A stretch of 64,000 nucleotides of DNA from Melioribacter roseus (lineage in GTDB: Bacteria > Bacteroidota > Ignavibacteria > Ignavibacteriales > Melioribacteraceae): positions 12,227 through 76,226 of the forward strand of contig DYLP01000009.1 in the NCBI GenBank assembly GCA_020722005.1. The letters run 5' to 3'. This document shows positions 10,523 through 20,456 of the stretch, piece by piece. The position numbers and the translations under genes were made by a program. Position 1 is the first letter of the stretch. The number at the start of each line of letters is the position of its first letter. The notes under the pieces were generated by a model that was given only the letters and a program-made list of their open reading frames with translations, ran no database searches and was not told the DNA's origin.

Positions 10523-11042
10523 ACTCTATCCTTATAAAGAAAAATATCCGATTATTGCTCCAGATGTTTTTGTTGCTCCAGGTGCTAAAATTATTGGTGA
10601 CGTCGAGATATTGGCAGGTTCTTCTGTGTGGTACAATGTCGTAATTCGCGGCGATGTCAATTACGTTAGAATTGGAAAGAATACAAATATTCAGGACGGT
10701 TCGGTTCTTCACGTTACTAATCAAAAATTTCCGCTGATTATTGAAGATAACGTAACTGTCGGACATGCTGCGGTTCTCCACGGAGCAATTCTTAAGAGGA
10801 ATTGTTTCGTCGGTATGGGGGCAATTTTACTCGATGGAGTCGTCGTCGAAACAAATTCTATGGTAGCTGCCGGTTCTCTGGTTAAACAGGGATTTGTTGT
10901 ACCATCAGGAAAACTCGTTGCTGGCGTTCCGGCGAAAATTATTAGAGATCTGACCCGTGAAGAAATCGAGATGATCTATCAATCTGCTCTTAATTATACG
11001 GAGTATGCCAGAATATCAGCAGAATCTTTAAATCATGTTTAG
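10512..11042 (+). CDS. Gamma-carbonic anhydrase family hexapeptide-repeat protein (YrdA-like)
   Basis: IRGDVNYVRIG, NIQDGSVLH and VGHAAVLHG; start at ATG 10512. Confidence 0.9.
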   Translation: METKLYPYKEKYPIIAPDVFVAPGAKIIGDVEILAGSSVWYNVVIRGDVNYVRIGKNTNIQDGSVLHVTNQKFPLIIEDNVTVGHAAVLHGAILKRNCFVGMGAILLDGVVVETNSMVAAGSLVKQGFVVPSGKLVAGVPAKIIRDLTREEIEMIYQSALNYTEYARISAESLNHV

Positions 11043-11050
11043 GTGTAAAA

Positions 11051-11488
11051 TTGCTCAGAAATGTAAACGTCTACACTCCTTATAAAATTTCAAAAAAAGT
11101 TATTCATAGAATTATTAAATTATTAAAAGACGATAATCATCTAAAAATAATTAACCTTGAAATAAACATAGTGGATATTAATTCAATTGTTGAATTAAAT
11201 AAAAAATATCTGAACCATAATTATGCTACCGACGTTATTTCTTTAAATTATTCGGGAAGTAGTTCTATTATTGACGGAGAAATATTTATTTCTTATAATG
11301 TTGCCGAAGAAAATGCCAAAAAATATCGTGTTACATTTGATGATGAATTAAAAAGGCTTATTATTCACGGTGTTTTGCATTTAATTGGATATGAAGATGG
11401 AACACCAGAATTGCGCAAAAAAATGAAACTTAAAGAAGATTTTTATGTTAAAAAGACAAAAATTTTAGGAAATTTGCTTTATGGATAA
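11051..11488 (+). CDS. ybeY: rRNA maturation endoribonuclease
   Basis: TDVISL, GEIFIS and HGVLHLIGYED. Confidence 0.92.
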   Translation: MLRNVNVYTPYKISKKVIHRIIKLLKDDNHLKIINLEINIVDINSIVELNKKYLNHNYATDVISLNYSGSSSIIDGEIFISYNVAEENAKKYRVTFDDELKRLIIHGVLHLIGYEDGTPELRKKMKLKEDFYVKKTKILGNLLYG

Positions 11489-11960
11489 TATGAAACCCGA
11501 AGTAGTTGAAATTATATCTAAAATCCTGGACGGACTTGGTAAAGGAAAATCGCTCGAAGAATTGAATAAATATTTTACCGAAAAGAAAAAGTACGACAAA
11601 CAGACTCTCAATATAGCCTTCAGTCTCATTTATGATAAAATAATTCTCCAAAATAGCTTTCAAATGCTCGAAGAAAAAGCAGGGGTTAATAAATTTAGAA
11701 AGAGCTTCAGATTTCTTACTGAAGAAGAAAAAGATGCCTTGGGTGTGGAGAATTATAATTATCTTATGCATTTAATAAACGTAGGGTTAATAACTCCTAC
11801 TACTCTCGAAGATATTCTCGAACAGATTTCGATGTTTCCGGAAAATAAAATAAGTAGAAACGAATTGAACTGGATTGTTCTTCTATCTCTTGTCGATTTC
11901 GAATCCGACGTTCTACCCGGCAGTCGAATTCTGCTTTATACTTCCGACTACATCAATTAA
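11481..11960 (+). CDS. DUF494/Smg-like protein
   Basis: FRFLTEEE...L....YLMHL...GLI pattern; lies directly upstream of topA, as smg does in other phyla. Confidence 0.65.
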   Translation: MDNMKPEVVEIISKILDGLGKGKSLEELNKYFTEKKKYDKQTLNIAFSLIYDKIILQNSFQMLEEKAGVNKFRKSFRFLTEEEKDALGVENYNYLMHLINVGLITPTTLEDILEQISMFPENKISRNELNWIVLLSLVDFESDVLPGSRILLYTSDYIN

Positions 11961-11971
11961 GGTGAAAAATT

Positions 11972-14182
11972 ATGAGCAAAGATCTTATTCTTGTTGAATC
12001 CCCTTCAAAAGCCAAGACGATTAATAAATATGTAGGGAATAAATATATTGTCGAAGCAACGGTAGGACATATTAAAAATTTGCCAAAGAGTAAACTGGGT
12101 ATCGATGTAGAAAACCAATTTAAAACAAAATTTGTGACGATTCGCGGTAAAAGTGATATAATTAAGAAAATTAAGAATTTAGCGTCGAAGTCTAGAAATA
12201 TTTATGTTGCAACTGACCCTGACCGCGAAGGTGAAGCAATAGCTCAGGATTTAGTCGATATTTTAAACGATGAGGACAGAGCCAAAGTGCGGCGCGTATT
12301 ATTCAACGAAATAACGAAAAATGCCGTAAATAAAGCTCTTGAGAATCCACTTCAGATTGACGATAAATTGGTCAGTTCACAGAGAGCCCGCCGTGTTATG
12401 GATCGCATTATCGGTTATCAGGTAAGCCCGTTCCTCTGGAAAGCTGTTATTGACCAATATGGAAGTTCTCTTTCGGCTGGGAGGGTCCAATCGGTGGCGC
12501 TACGATTAATCTGCGAGCGGGAAGAAGAAATTGGTAAGTTTATACCGACCGAATACTGGTCGATTATAGCCATTTTTAAAACAGAGAGGGGAGAAGAATT
12601 TTCGGCAAAACTTTTTGAAATTGAAGGCAAGCAATTAAAAATTCAACCCAAACCTGAAATGACGGATAAAGAATGGGAAGAATTTTTAAAGAAAAACTTT
12701 GCCATTAATTCCAGAGAAATAGCAGATAAAATTATTTCGGAAATCAAAAACGTGAGGGTATTTAAGATTTCCGACATTAATAAACGTCAGACAAAAAGGA
12801 ATCCGTCGCCTCCGTTTATCACGAGTACTTTGCAAGTCGAAGCATCGAAGCGGCTCGGCTTTCGACCCCGACGTACGATGATGCTGGCACAGCAACTTTA
12901 CGAAGGAGTGTCGATTGGCAATGAAGGTCTTACAGGTCTAATTACATATATGAGAACCGACTCAACGCGCATGAGCGAAGAAATTTTAAACGATGCACGT
13001 CATTATATCAAAACTCAATATGGCGACGAATTTTTACCCGACTCTCCAAGAACTTATCAATCTAAAAATAAAAATGTGCAGGATGCTCACGAAGCTATTC
13101 GCCCAACTTTACTTAAATATTCACCTGAGTATGTTAAACCTTATCTAGATTCTTCACAGTACAAACTTTATGAATTAATCTGGAATCGCTTCATAGCCTC
13201 ACAGATGGAGCCTGCGTTATTCGAAAATACTACTGTATCAGTTACTGGCGATAAATTTGTTTTTAAAGCTACTGGTTCAACTTTATTATTCGACGGTTTT
13301 CTTAAAGTATACGACGATTCAAATGGCAATGAAGAAAACAATGATACAGAAGACCTGAAAAATATAAAAATACCTGCAGGACTCAACAGTAACCAAATCC
13401 TTGCTCTGGTAGATTTAAAATCGAATCAGCATTTTACAAAACCACCAGCTCGTTATACAGAAAGTAGTTTAATAAAGGAATTGGAAAGTAAAGGCATCGG
13501 CCGACCGAGTACATACGCTCTAATTGTCGGCACAATACTCGACAGAAAATATGTCGAAAGTGTAGACCGTAAATTAGTGCCAACGGAACTCGGCAAAAAA
13601 GTAAACGATATTTTAGTTAAGAATTTTCCGAACATTTTCGATGTCGGATTTACAGCAAAGATGGAAGATGAACTTGACTCGATTGCCGAAGGCGAAAATG
13701 ATTATGTACAGGTACTGACGGATTTTTATCAGCCTTTTTCTGAAACGCTTGCAAAAGTGGAATCGACACTCGAAAAAATTAAGTGCGAAAAATGCGGCTC
13801 TGACATGGAAGTAAAAATTGGCAGGTACGGTAAATTCCTTGCATGTACAAATTATCCCGAATGTAAAAACATTAAATCTCTCAAAGAAATTAGCAATTCA
13901 AATAACGAACCCGAATATACAGGCAATACATGTCCCAAATGTGGAGGTAGAACTCTCTATCGCGAAAGCAAATTTGGCAGGTTTATCGGTTGCGAAAACT
14001 ACCCTGAGTGCGATTATACAGAACAAATTACAACTGGTATTAAATGTCCAGAATGTGGTGTAGGGGAATTGATCCCCAAAAGGACTAAACGTGGCAGAAT
14101 TTTTTACAGCTGTAGTAGATATCCCGATTGCCAGTATGCAACATGGAAGCTTCCTAAAGAGGAAGAGGTCGATAACGACTAA
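11972..14182 (+). CDS. topA: DNA topoisomerase I
   Basis: LILVESPSKAKTI, ATDPDREGE, SAGRVQS, LITYMRTDS and C-terminal C4 zinc ribbons. Confidence 0.98.
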   Translation: MSKDLILVESPSKAKTINKYVGNKYIVEATVGHIKNLPKSKLGIDVENQFKTKFVTIRGKSDIIKKIKNLASKSRNIYVATDPDREGEAIAQDLVDILNDEDRAKVRRVLFNEITKNAVNKALENPLQIDDKLVSSQRARRVMDRIIGYQVSPFLWKAVIDQYGSSLSAGRVQSVALRLICEREEEIGKFIPTEYWSIIAIFKTERGEEFSAKLFEIEGKQLKIQPKPEMTDKEWEEFLKKNFAINSREIADKIISEIKNVRVFKISDINKRQTKRNPSPPFITSTLQVEASKRLGFRPRRTMMLAQQLYEGVSIGNEGLTGLITYMRTDSTRMSEEILNDARHYIKTQYGDEFLPDSPRTYQSKNKNVQDAHEAIRPTLLKYSPEYVKPYLDSSQYKLYELIWNRFIASQMEPALFENTTVSVTGDKFVFKATGSTLLFDGFLKVYDDSNGNEENNDTEDLKNIKIPAGLNSNQILALVDLKSNQHFTKPPARYTESSLIKELESKGIGRPSTYALIVGTILDRKYVESVDRKLVPTELGKKVNDILVKNFPNIFDVGFTAKMEDELDSIAEGENDYVQVLTDFYQPFSETLAKVESTLEKIKCEKCGSDMEVKIGRYGKFLACTNYPECKNIKSLKEISNSNNEPEYTGNTCPKCGGRTLYRESKFGRFIGCENYPECDYTEQITTGIKCPECGVGELIPKRTKRGRIFYSCSRYPDCQYATWKLPKEEEVDND

Positions 14183-14193
14183 CTCATAATTTT

Positions 14194-15099
14194 ATGTCCT
14201 ATGAAAAAATAAATAATATCGTTGGCAAATTGCTCTCTGAAATGTCGGGAGTCAATCGTGTATCTCAAAATACCATCGATGCATATTCTACTGACTTAAA
14301 TCAATTTGTCGACTACTGCGATGAAATAGGCGTTAAGTCTCTCGATAAAATTACTGGAAGACATCTTCGTAATTACCTTGTCAGATTAAATGAAAAGGGA
14401 ATTGGCAAAACATCGGTTGCCCGAAAGCTATCGGCATTACGCAAACTTTTTCAATTTGCTTTAAAAAATAATCTGATAGCAACTAATCCGGTAAAAAAAA
14501 TTTCCAATCCGAAAGTCAAAAGAAAACTGCCCGAAACAATTAGCGCCTCATTTTATGAAGATATTATTTCCAAAATTGATACCGAAGTAGAAGAGAAGAC
14601 AAGAAGGACGTATAAAATAATAGTTGAACTTTTATATGGATGTGCTCTTAGGGTCTCTGAACTGATATCGTTAAAACTGAAAGATGTCGACCTCAGAAAT
14701 AAAACTATTAAAGTATTTGGTAAAGGTTCCAAAGCAAGGTACGTCCCGATCGGCGCAAAAACATATCAAATTTTGAAAGAATACATCGATAACATAGAAT
14801 CAAAAAACAGTAATGATTTTTTGATTACATTAAATGGTAAGTCGTTGGACAGATTTTATGTTTACCGCCTCGTTAGAAAATTATTGAGTGGTTACGAATT
14901 AAAACGCAAAAGTCCACATATTTTCAGGCATAGCTCAGCTACTCATATGCTCGACAATGATGCTGGCCTTCTTGCTGTTAAAGAATTTCTCGGGCACGAA
15001 AATCTTTCTACCACTCAAATTTATACGCATGTTAGTATTGAGAGGATAAAAAAAATTTATAAACAAGCTCACCCAAAATCAAAAAAGGAGTCGTTATGA
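14194..15099 (+). CDS. xerC: Chromosome-dimer tyrosine recombinase (XerC/XerD family)
   Basis: N-terminal SAM-like domain; R-K-H-R-H-Y residues (LRVSEL, GKGSK, HIFRH, GH, TTQIY). The C versus D call rests on context. Confidence 0.85.
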   Translation: MSYEKINNIVGKLLSEMSGVNRVSQNTIDAYSTDLNQFVDYCDEIGVKSLDKITGRHLRNYLVRLNEKGIGKTSVARKLSALRKLFQFALKNNLIATNPVKKISNPKVKRKLPETISASFYEDIISKIDTEVEEKTRRTYKIIVELLYGCALRVSELISLKLKDVDLRNKTIKVFGKGSKARYVPIGAKTYQILKEYIDNIESKNSNDFLITLNGKSLDRFYVYRLVRKLLSGYELKRKSPHIFRHSSATHMLDNDAGLLAVKEFLGHENLSTTQIYTHVSIERIKKIYKQAHPKSKKESL

Positions 15100-15398
15100 A
15101 TATTAAAATCACATCCCGTAAGTTCAGAGCAAAAGATTCCTTGAAGAATTTCATCACAGAGGAAATCAAGTCGGCAGAAAAATTTTACGATGATATCCTA
15201 GACGTCGACGTCATATTGAGCTATACAAAACCGGAGGACAGTATCAAAACTGCTGAAATCATTGCACAAATACCGGGGAAAACATTGTCGGTAACACATT
15301 CCAGTGACGGCTTTGAAAAATCGGTATCCGCTGCAGTTGAAAAATTGATTCGTCAACTCAAAAAAATAAAGACACAAAGGAACGCAAGGAAAAAATAA
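15096..15398 (+). CDS. hpf: Ribosome hibernation factor HPF/RaiA (short form)
   Basis: MNIKITSRKF...KTAEI...AAVEKLIRQLKK pattern. Confidence 0.85.
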   Translation: MNIKITSRKFRAKDSLKNFITEEIKSAEKFYDDILDVDVILSYTKPEDSIKTAEIIAQIPGKTLSVTHSSDGFEKSVSAAVEKLIRQLKKIKTQRNARKK

Positions 15399-16408
15399 TG
15401 AAACTTGACGATAGAAATATCTCAAGAAAAGAATATATAACCGTCGATTTCTTTTTTAAAAAGGCAAAAGAAAAATTCAAATTACGATTGCTCAACGACC
15501 GGGTCGGTTTTGAAAGAAAAATCAAAGACCAGAATCTCCATCGTCCAGGGTTACCACTTGCTGGTTTTTTAGACTTGTTTGCTTATAGCCGAATTCAGGT
15601 CTTTGGTAATACGGAAATGAGCTATCTCCACAGTTTATCGAAAGAAGAAAGGAGAGAATCGTTAAACCGCATTTTCAAATTCGAAATTCCCTGTATAATA
15701 ATTACAAATAGCAATCTTCCTTCGCCGGAAATGATTGAGCTTGCGAACAAATTTAGCATACCCATTTTTGGCTCGGATTATACAACAACGAAATTAATTT
15801 ATTTACTTGGAGATTTCCTCGACGACCAATTTGCACCGCGCATTACAGTACACGGTTCACTAGTCGATGTCTACGGCGTCGGTATTTTGTTCACTGGTAA
15901 ATCGGGTATCGGGAAAAGCGAAGTTGCACTCGACCTTGTCGAAAGGGGACACAGACTTGTTGCCGATGATGTCGTAATTTTAACGAAAAAAGGGGAAGGA
16001 ATTTTGATGGCTTCAGGGACCGACCTGGTTAAACATTTTATGGAATTAAGAGGTATCGGAATTATCGATATTCGAAGTATGTTTGGCGTACGAGCTATTC
16101 GATATCAAAAACGTCTTGAGGTGGTAGTAGAGCTCGAAATATGGGACGATGAAGTCGATTATACGCGCACGGGACTTGAGGATTCGTTCATAAAAATTCT
16201 CGATATCGAAATACCGTACATAAAACTTCCCATAATTCCTGGTAAGAATATTACCGTGATTTCAGAAATTATTGCAATTAATTATTTACTGAAGCATTAT
16301 GGCTACGATGCAGCTAAAGTCTTACAAAAAAGAATAGAAGAGCAAATTCGTAAAAAAGGCGAAGATTACGACCGCACGGTCGACTATTTCGAGCACGATT
16401 TTGAATAG
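15398..16408 (+). CDS. hprK: HPr kinase/phosphorylase
   Basis: HRPGL, HGSLVDVYGVG, GKSGIGKSEVAL and LVADD. Confidence 0.96.
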   Translation: MKLDDRNISRKEYITVDFFFKKAKEKFKLRLLNDRVGFERKIKDQNLHRPGLPLAGFLDLFAYSRIQVFGNTEMSYLHSLSKEERRESLNRIFKFEIPCIIITNSNLPSPEMIELANKFSIPIFGSDYTTTKLIYLLGDFLDDQFAPRITVHGSLVDVYGVGILFTGKSGIGKSEVALDLVERGHRLVADDVVILTKKGEGILMASGTDLVKHFMELRGIGIIDIRSMFGVRAIRYQKRLEVVVELEIWDDEVDYTRTGLEDSFIKILDIEIPYIKLPIIPGKNITVISEIIAINYLLKHYGYDAAKVLQKRIEEQIRKKGEDYDRTVDYFEHDFE

Positions 16409-16418
16409 CCTTTTCTAC

Positions 16419-16447
16419 TTGACACCCGACAATGGTTTTATTATTTT
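16419..16447 (+). promoter_or_regulatory. Sigma70-type promoter upstream of the M23 peptidase gene
   Basis: TTGACA (16419-16424), 17-nt spacer, TATTTT (16442-16447), 20 nt before the ATG. Confidence 0.5.
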
Positions 16448-16467
16448 CGTCACACAAATAAATTACT

Positions 16468-17382
16468 ATGAAAAAATTTTACTACTTTTCAAAATCTAAT
16501 CTTAAGTTTGTAGAAGTCGAAAACTTCTACAAAAAGTTCATGTTTTTAGTGACCTTCTTAGCGGTCGTAATATCTTTCTTTATTTTTGGAACTTACCTTG
16601 TTATTAACGAGTTTATTAATCCAGATTCTGAAATAAGGAAATTGAAAAAAGACAATGCATTGTTGCGGTCAAAACTTGAAATGATGACAGAAAAATACGT
16701 AGAACTTGATAAAAGAGTTAAAGAACTGAAGGATTTAAGCTATTCATTGCGATTAACTGCTAACCTTGAAGTTGACAGTAGTCTATTTGGCACAGGAGGA
16801 GCGACATTTTCTCCAGTGACAACTAACGATCCTGCGTCAATAACAAGTTTCATTAAAAATCTTGATAAACTGGTCAATAAAATTGAAAACAACCTAAATT
16901 CAGAGCGTGATAATTACAATGAAATTGTAAAAAAATTAAAAGAAAACGAAGTATTGTTTGCCTCGATACCCGCTGTCAAACCGTGTTCGGGAACTATTGC
17001 AGATGATTTTGGTTTAAGGATGCATCCGATTTTAAAGATTAAAAGGATGCATACTGGCGTAGATATAATTACAGACATTGGTACAAAAATTTATGCAACT
17101 GGTGGTGGTACTGTAATTTTTGAAGGGAATCGAGGTAGTTATGGACTTACGCTCGAAATTGACCACGGGTTCGGTTATAAAACAATTTATGCTCATTTAA
17201 TGAAGACTAAAGTTAAAATAGGTCAAAAGGTAAAAAGAGGCGACCTGGTTGCCTTATCGGGTAACTCAGGGTTATCAACAGGTCCTCATTTACATTACGA
17301 AGTTAGACATAATGACGTTCCTTTAAATCCATTGAATTTTATTTACGAAGACCTGGATTTATTTGAATTTGTAAAAAAATAG
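16468..17382 (+). CDS. M23 family murein peptidase with N-terminal TM and coiled coil
   Basis: MHTGVDI (HxxxD), YAHL and STGPHLHYEV (HxH). Confidence 0.93.
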   Translation: MKKFYYFSKSNLKFVEVENFYKKFMFLVTFLAVVISFFIFGTYLVINEFINPDSEIRKLKKDNALLRSKLEMMTEKYVELDKRVKELKDLSYSLRLTANLEVDSSLFGTGGATFSPVTTNDPASITSFIKNLDKLVNKIENNLNSERDNYNEIVKKLKENEVLFASIPAVKPCSGTIADDFGLRMHPILKIKRMHTGVDIITDIGTKIYATGGGTVIFEGNRGSYGLTLEIDHGFGYKTIYAHLMKTKVKIGQKVKRGDLVALSGNSGLSTGPHLHYEVRHNDVPLNPLNFIYEDLDLFEFVKK

Positions 17383-17395
17383 AGGAGATAGCTAT

Positions 17396-17626
17396 ATGAT
17401 ATGGACCATTGAATTAGCATCATACTTAGACGATGCTCCGTGGCCCGCTACGAAAGAGGAGCTAATAGATTATGCCGAGCGTATTGGTGCTCCAATTGAA
17501 GTTATTGAGAACCTGCAGGAACTAGAAGATACAGAAGAACCATACGAGTCAATTGAAGATATATGGCCCGACTATCCGACAGATGAGGACTTCTTTTATA
17601 ATGACGATGAAGAATATAAATCCTGA
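17396..17626 (+). CDS. DUF2795 family small acidic protein
   Basis: WTIELASYLDDAPWPATKEELIDYA pattern; AGGAGA RBS. Confidence 0.8.
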   Translation: MIWTIELASYLDDAPWPATKEELIDYAERIGAPIEVIENLQELEDTEEPYESIEDIWPDYPTDEDFFYNDDEEYKS

Positions 17627-17630
17627 TAAC

Positions 17631-18731
17631 ATGTGGGGGGAGGTTTACGAACAAACCAGAGCCAAAGAAATATTAACAAGATTTATTAAATCAAGGCGTG
17701 TACCACACGCCTTGATTTTTTATGGCTCCGAAGGTGTAGGTAAGTTTAATATAGCATTAAATTTTGCCGGGGCAATTTACAATGAATTTACTTCCGAGCA
17801 TCACCACTTAGAAAAAATACTTAAACTGAGAGAACCGTATATTAAGTTGATAACACCTCTTCCGAGGGGCAAAGGGGAAAACCCAGACGATTCTCCTACT
17901 GCCAAGCTTACTCAAAACCAAATTGAAAATTTGCAATCGGAAATTGAAAAACTAACTGAAAATCCGTACTACAAGTTAAAAATAGAAGGCGCAAATACAA
18001 TTAAAATAAATAGTATACGAGACATAAAAAAATTTATAAGCGTTGATTATCATGATATTCCTTACAGATTTATTTTTATTCTGGATGCTCACTTAATGAA
18101 TGAGCAAGCTCAGAATGCACTTTTGAAAAGTCTAGAAGAACCTCCAGAAGGACTTGTGTTTATTCTTATTACTAATAACGTCGATTTATTGTTACCGACT
18201 ATTCAATCCCGATGCTGGCAAATTAAATTCCAGCCATTGAGTGAAAAAAGTGTGGTAGATATACTAAAAAGTAAATTTGGCATCGAAGATGAAAATGCTC
18301 GTCGAGCCGCACATTTTTCAGGCGGTTCTATTCAGGCAGCACTAAAACTAATTGAGTACGATATCGAATTCCTACTTGAAACAGTAATATCGATTTTACG
18401 ATATTCAATATCACGTAAATATTACACAACTATCGAATATATCAATAAAATTGTCAGCTCTAAAAATGTGGAAGAATTGACACTTGTAATTTCACTTGTA
18501 AAAGTCTGGCTCAACGATTTAATTCGCAATCGCTATTCGTACCATGATTATTACTTTGAAGAATTTCGTGATACCTTGATTAAATTCAATGAAAAGTTTC
18601 CGGAAGCTCAGGTAGAAAAGGTATTTGAAAATTTAACCGAATATGAAAAAGGACTATCTAGAAATTTGAACTTGAATGTGATAACTCTTAATCTTATATT
18701 TGAATTAGCTTCATTGTCGATGAGGAATTAA
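17631..18731 (+). CDS. holB: DNA polymerase III delta-prime subunit
   Basis: HALIFYGSEGVGK, NALLKSLEEPP and LLPTIQSRC; start at ATG 17631. Confidence 0.88.
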   Translation: MWGEVYEQTRAKEILTRFIKSRRVPHALIFYGSEGVGKFNIALNFAGAIYNEFTSEHHHLEKILKLREPYIKLITPLPRGKGENPDDSPTAKLTQNQIENLQSEIEKLTENPYYKLKIEGANTIKINSIRDIKKFISVDYHDIPYRFIFILDAHLMNEQAQNALLKSLEEPPEGLVFILITNNVDLLLPTIQSRCWQIKFQPLSEKSVVDILKSKFGIEDENARRAAHFSGGSIQAALKLIEYDIEFLLETVISILRYSISRKYYTTIEYINKIVSSKNVEELTLVISLVKVWLNDLIRNRYSYHDYYFEEFRDTLIKFNEKFPEAQVEKVFENLTEYEKGLSRNLNLNVITLNLIFELASLSMRN

Positions 18732-18733
18732 AA

Positions 18734-19558
18734 TTGATATATATAAATCGTTCCGGCAATTCAGAGTTAAATGAGCCTGATAAATTAAGCCCATCCAACG
18801 GAAATATTCCATTTTACCAATCAATTGTCATAAATAAATTTCATTCCTGTACGTATCATAGTTGCTTCAATTGCAAAACAGAGTTTTACTCCAGAGCACC
18901 GCTCGATAATCGCAATATTGTGGAAATCGATTGCGACGGTTTACTTAATTGTGAATATTGCGTTGTCGAAAATGGTCAGCAGCTATATCCATATGACTTC
19001 GTTATTGTAAGGCAAAGTGACGAACTTGAAGTTGCTCAAGTTAAAGCAATTGGAGAAATTGTTCGTATCAAACGGAGTTCTATTGGGCTTTACGGTGAGG
19101 ACTTACCTGTTGTAATACGAAAAATGAATGATGAAGATGTACAAAAACTCAATCGAAATCTAAAAGACGAAGAAAAGGCGGTCGGATTTTTTAAAAAAGC
19201 AGTTGCACAGCATAACCTTGAAATGAAACTCGTTAAAATCCATTACCAGTTTGACAGAAAAAAGCTCTATTTTTTCTATACTGCCGACGGAAGAGTAGAC
19301 TTCAGAGAATTGGCAAAAACTCTGGCAGCTGAATTTAAAACACGAATAGAATTACGTCAAATTGGCGTTAGAGACGAAGCCAGGGAACTCGGAGGAATTG
19401 GTACGTGCGGCAGGGAATTCTGTTGCACTTCGTTTTTGAGTAATTTTAGAAAAATTACAACCCAGCTTGCCACCGAACAAAATTTAATGTCAAGCTTAGG
19501 AAAATTGAGTGGTCCGTGCGGTAAACTCAAGTGCTGTCTCTCTTTTGAGGTAGAATAA
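18734..19558 (+). CDS. ricT: PSP1-C/RicT (YaaT) family Fe-S protein
   Basis: FFYTADGRVDFRELAK, RIELRQIGVRDE, CGREFCC and CGKLKCCL. Confidence 0.88.
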   Translation: MIYINRSGNSELNEPDKLSPSNGNIPFYQSIVINKFHSCTYHSCFNCKTEFYSRAPLDNRNIVEIDCDGLLNCEYCVVENGQQLYPYDFVIVRQSDELEVAQVKAIGEIVRIKRSSIGLYGEDLPVVIRKMNDEDVQKLNRNLKDEEKAVGFFKKAVAQHNLEMKLVKIHYQFDRKKLYFFYTADGRVDFRELAKTLAAEFKTRIELRQIGVRDEARELGGIGTCGREFCCTSFLSNFRKITTQLATEQNLMSSLGKLSGPCGKLKCCLSFEVE

Positions 19559-19574
19559 TCAACTGGAGATAAAT

Positions 19575-20426
19575 ATGTCCTTAAAATTAACGGCAGTAGT
19601 TGGTGCTGGAACTATGGGCTCAGGAATAGCACATGTTTTAGCATTAAGTGGATATAGAGTCCAATTATGCGATATCAATTACACTATATTGGATAAGGCA
19701 ATTAATGCTATCTCAAAAAATATTGATCGACAGATTAAAAAGAATCTAATTGATGAAAAAGAGAAAAATGAAGCTCTGAAAAGAATTAGCACTATCGATA
19801 AAATTGATAAAATTGATTCTGCAACGGAAATAATTATTGAAGCAGTGGTAGAAAATTATGATATTAAGATTAATATTTACAAGCAGTTAACAAATATTCT
19901 CAAAAGTGATGCAATAATTGCCACCAACACTTCATCTATTTCAATCACAGCATTAGCACCCAAAGATCGAGCAGCTAATTTTATTGGTATGCATTTTATG
20001 AATCCAGTTCCAGTCATGAAGCTCGTCGAGGTTGTCAGAGGATATGAAACTTCGGATGAAACGGCAAAAAATGTCATCGATTTAGCAAAAAATCTGGGTA
20101 AAATACCAGTTGAGGTCAACGATTATCCCGGTTTTATTAGTAATCGAGTATTAATACCGATGATAAACGAGGCAATTTTCGCTCTTTATGAAGGTGTAGC
20201 AACAGCTCAAAATATCGATTCGATAATGAAATTAGGAATGAACCATCCGATGGGACCACTGGAGTTAGCAGATTTTATTGGTTTGGATGTATGTCTTTCG
20301 ATAATGGAAGTTTTATATGAAGGATATAACGATTCAAAGTATAGACCGTGTCCGTTACTCAAGAAAATGGTTGCAGCCGGTAAATTAGGACGAAAATCAG
20401 GCGTTGGATTTTATAAATACGAATAA
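19575..20426 (+). CDS. hbd: 3-hydroxybutyryl-CoA dehydrogenase
   Basis: GAGTMGSG, NTSSISIT, GMHFMNP and HPMGPL. Confidence 0.92.
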   Translation: MSLKLTAVVGAGTMGSGIAHVLALSGYRVQLCDINYTILDKAINAISKNIDRQIKKNLIDEKEKNEALKRISTIDKIDKIDSATEIIIEAVVENYDIKINIYKQLTNILKSDAIIATNTSSISITALAPKDRAANFIGMHFMNPVPVMKLVEVVRGYETSDETAKNVIDLAKNLGKIPVEVNDYPGFISNRVLIPMINEAIFALYEGVATAQNIDSIMKLGMNHPMGPLELADFIGLDVCLSIMEVLYEGYNDSKYRPCPLLKKMVAAGKLGRKSGVGFYKYE

Positions 20427-20451
20427 GCACATAATGTATATTATGTAAACT
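20424..20451. other. dif: dif site (XerC/XerD chromosome dimer resolution site)
   Basis: TAAGCACATAA-TGTATA-TTATGTAAACT. The central 17 nt equal E. coli dif as recalled, and the right arm equals the B. subtilis dif arm as recalled. It lies between convergent genes at the strand-bias switch. Confidence 0.88.
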
Positions 20452-20456
20452 AAGTT

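Noticed and set aside
14194-15099. Tyrosine recombinase as a phage or island integrase
   Set aside because: XerC-like size and motifs, housekeeping context, no att repeats or cargo genes.
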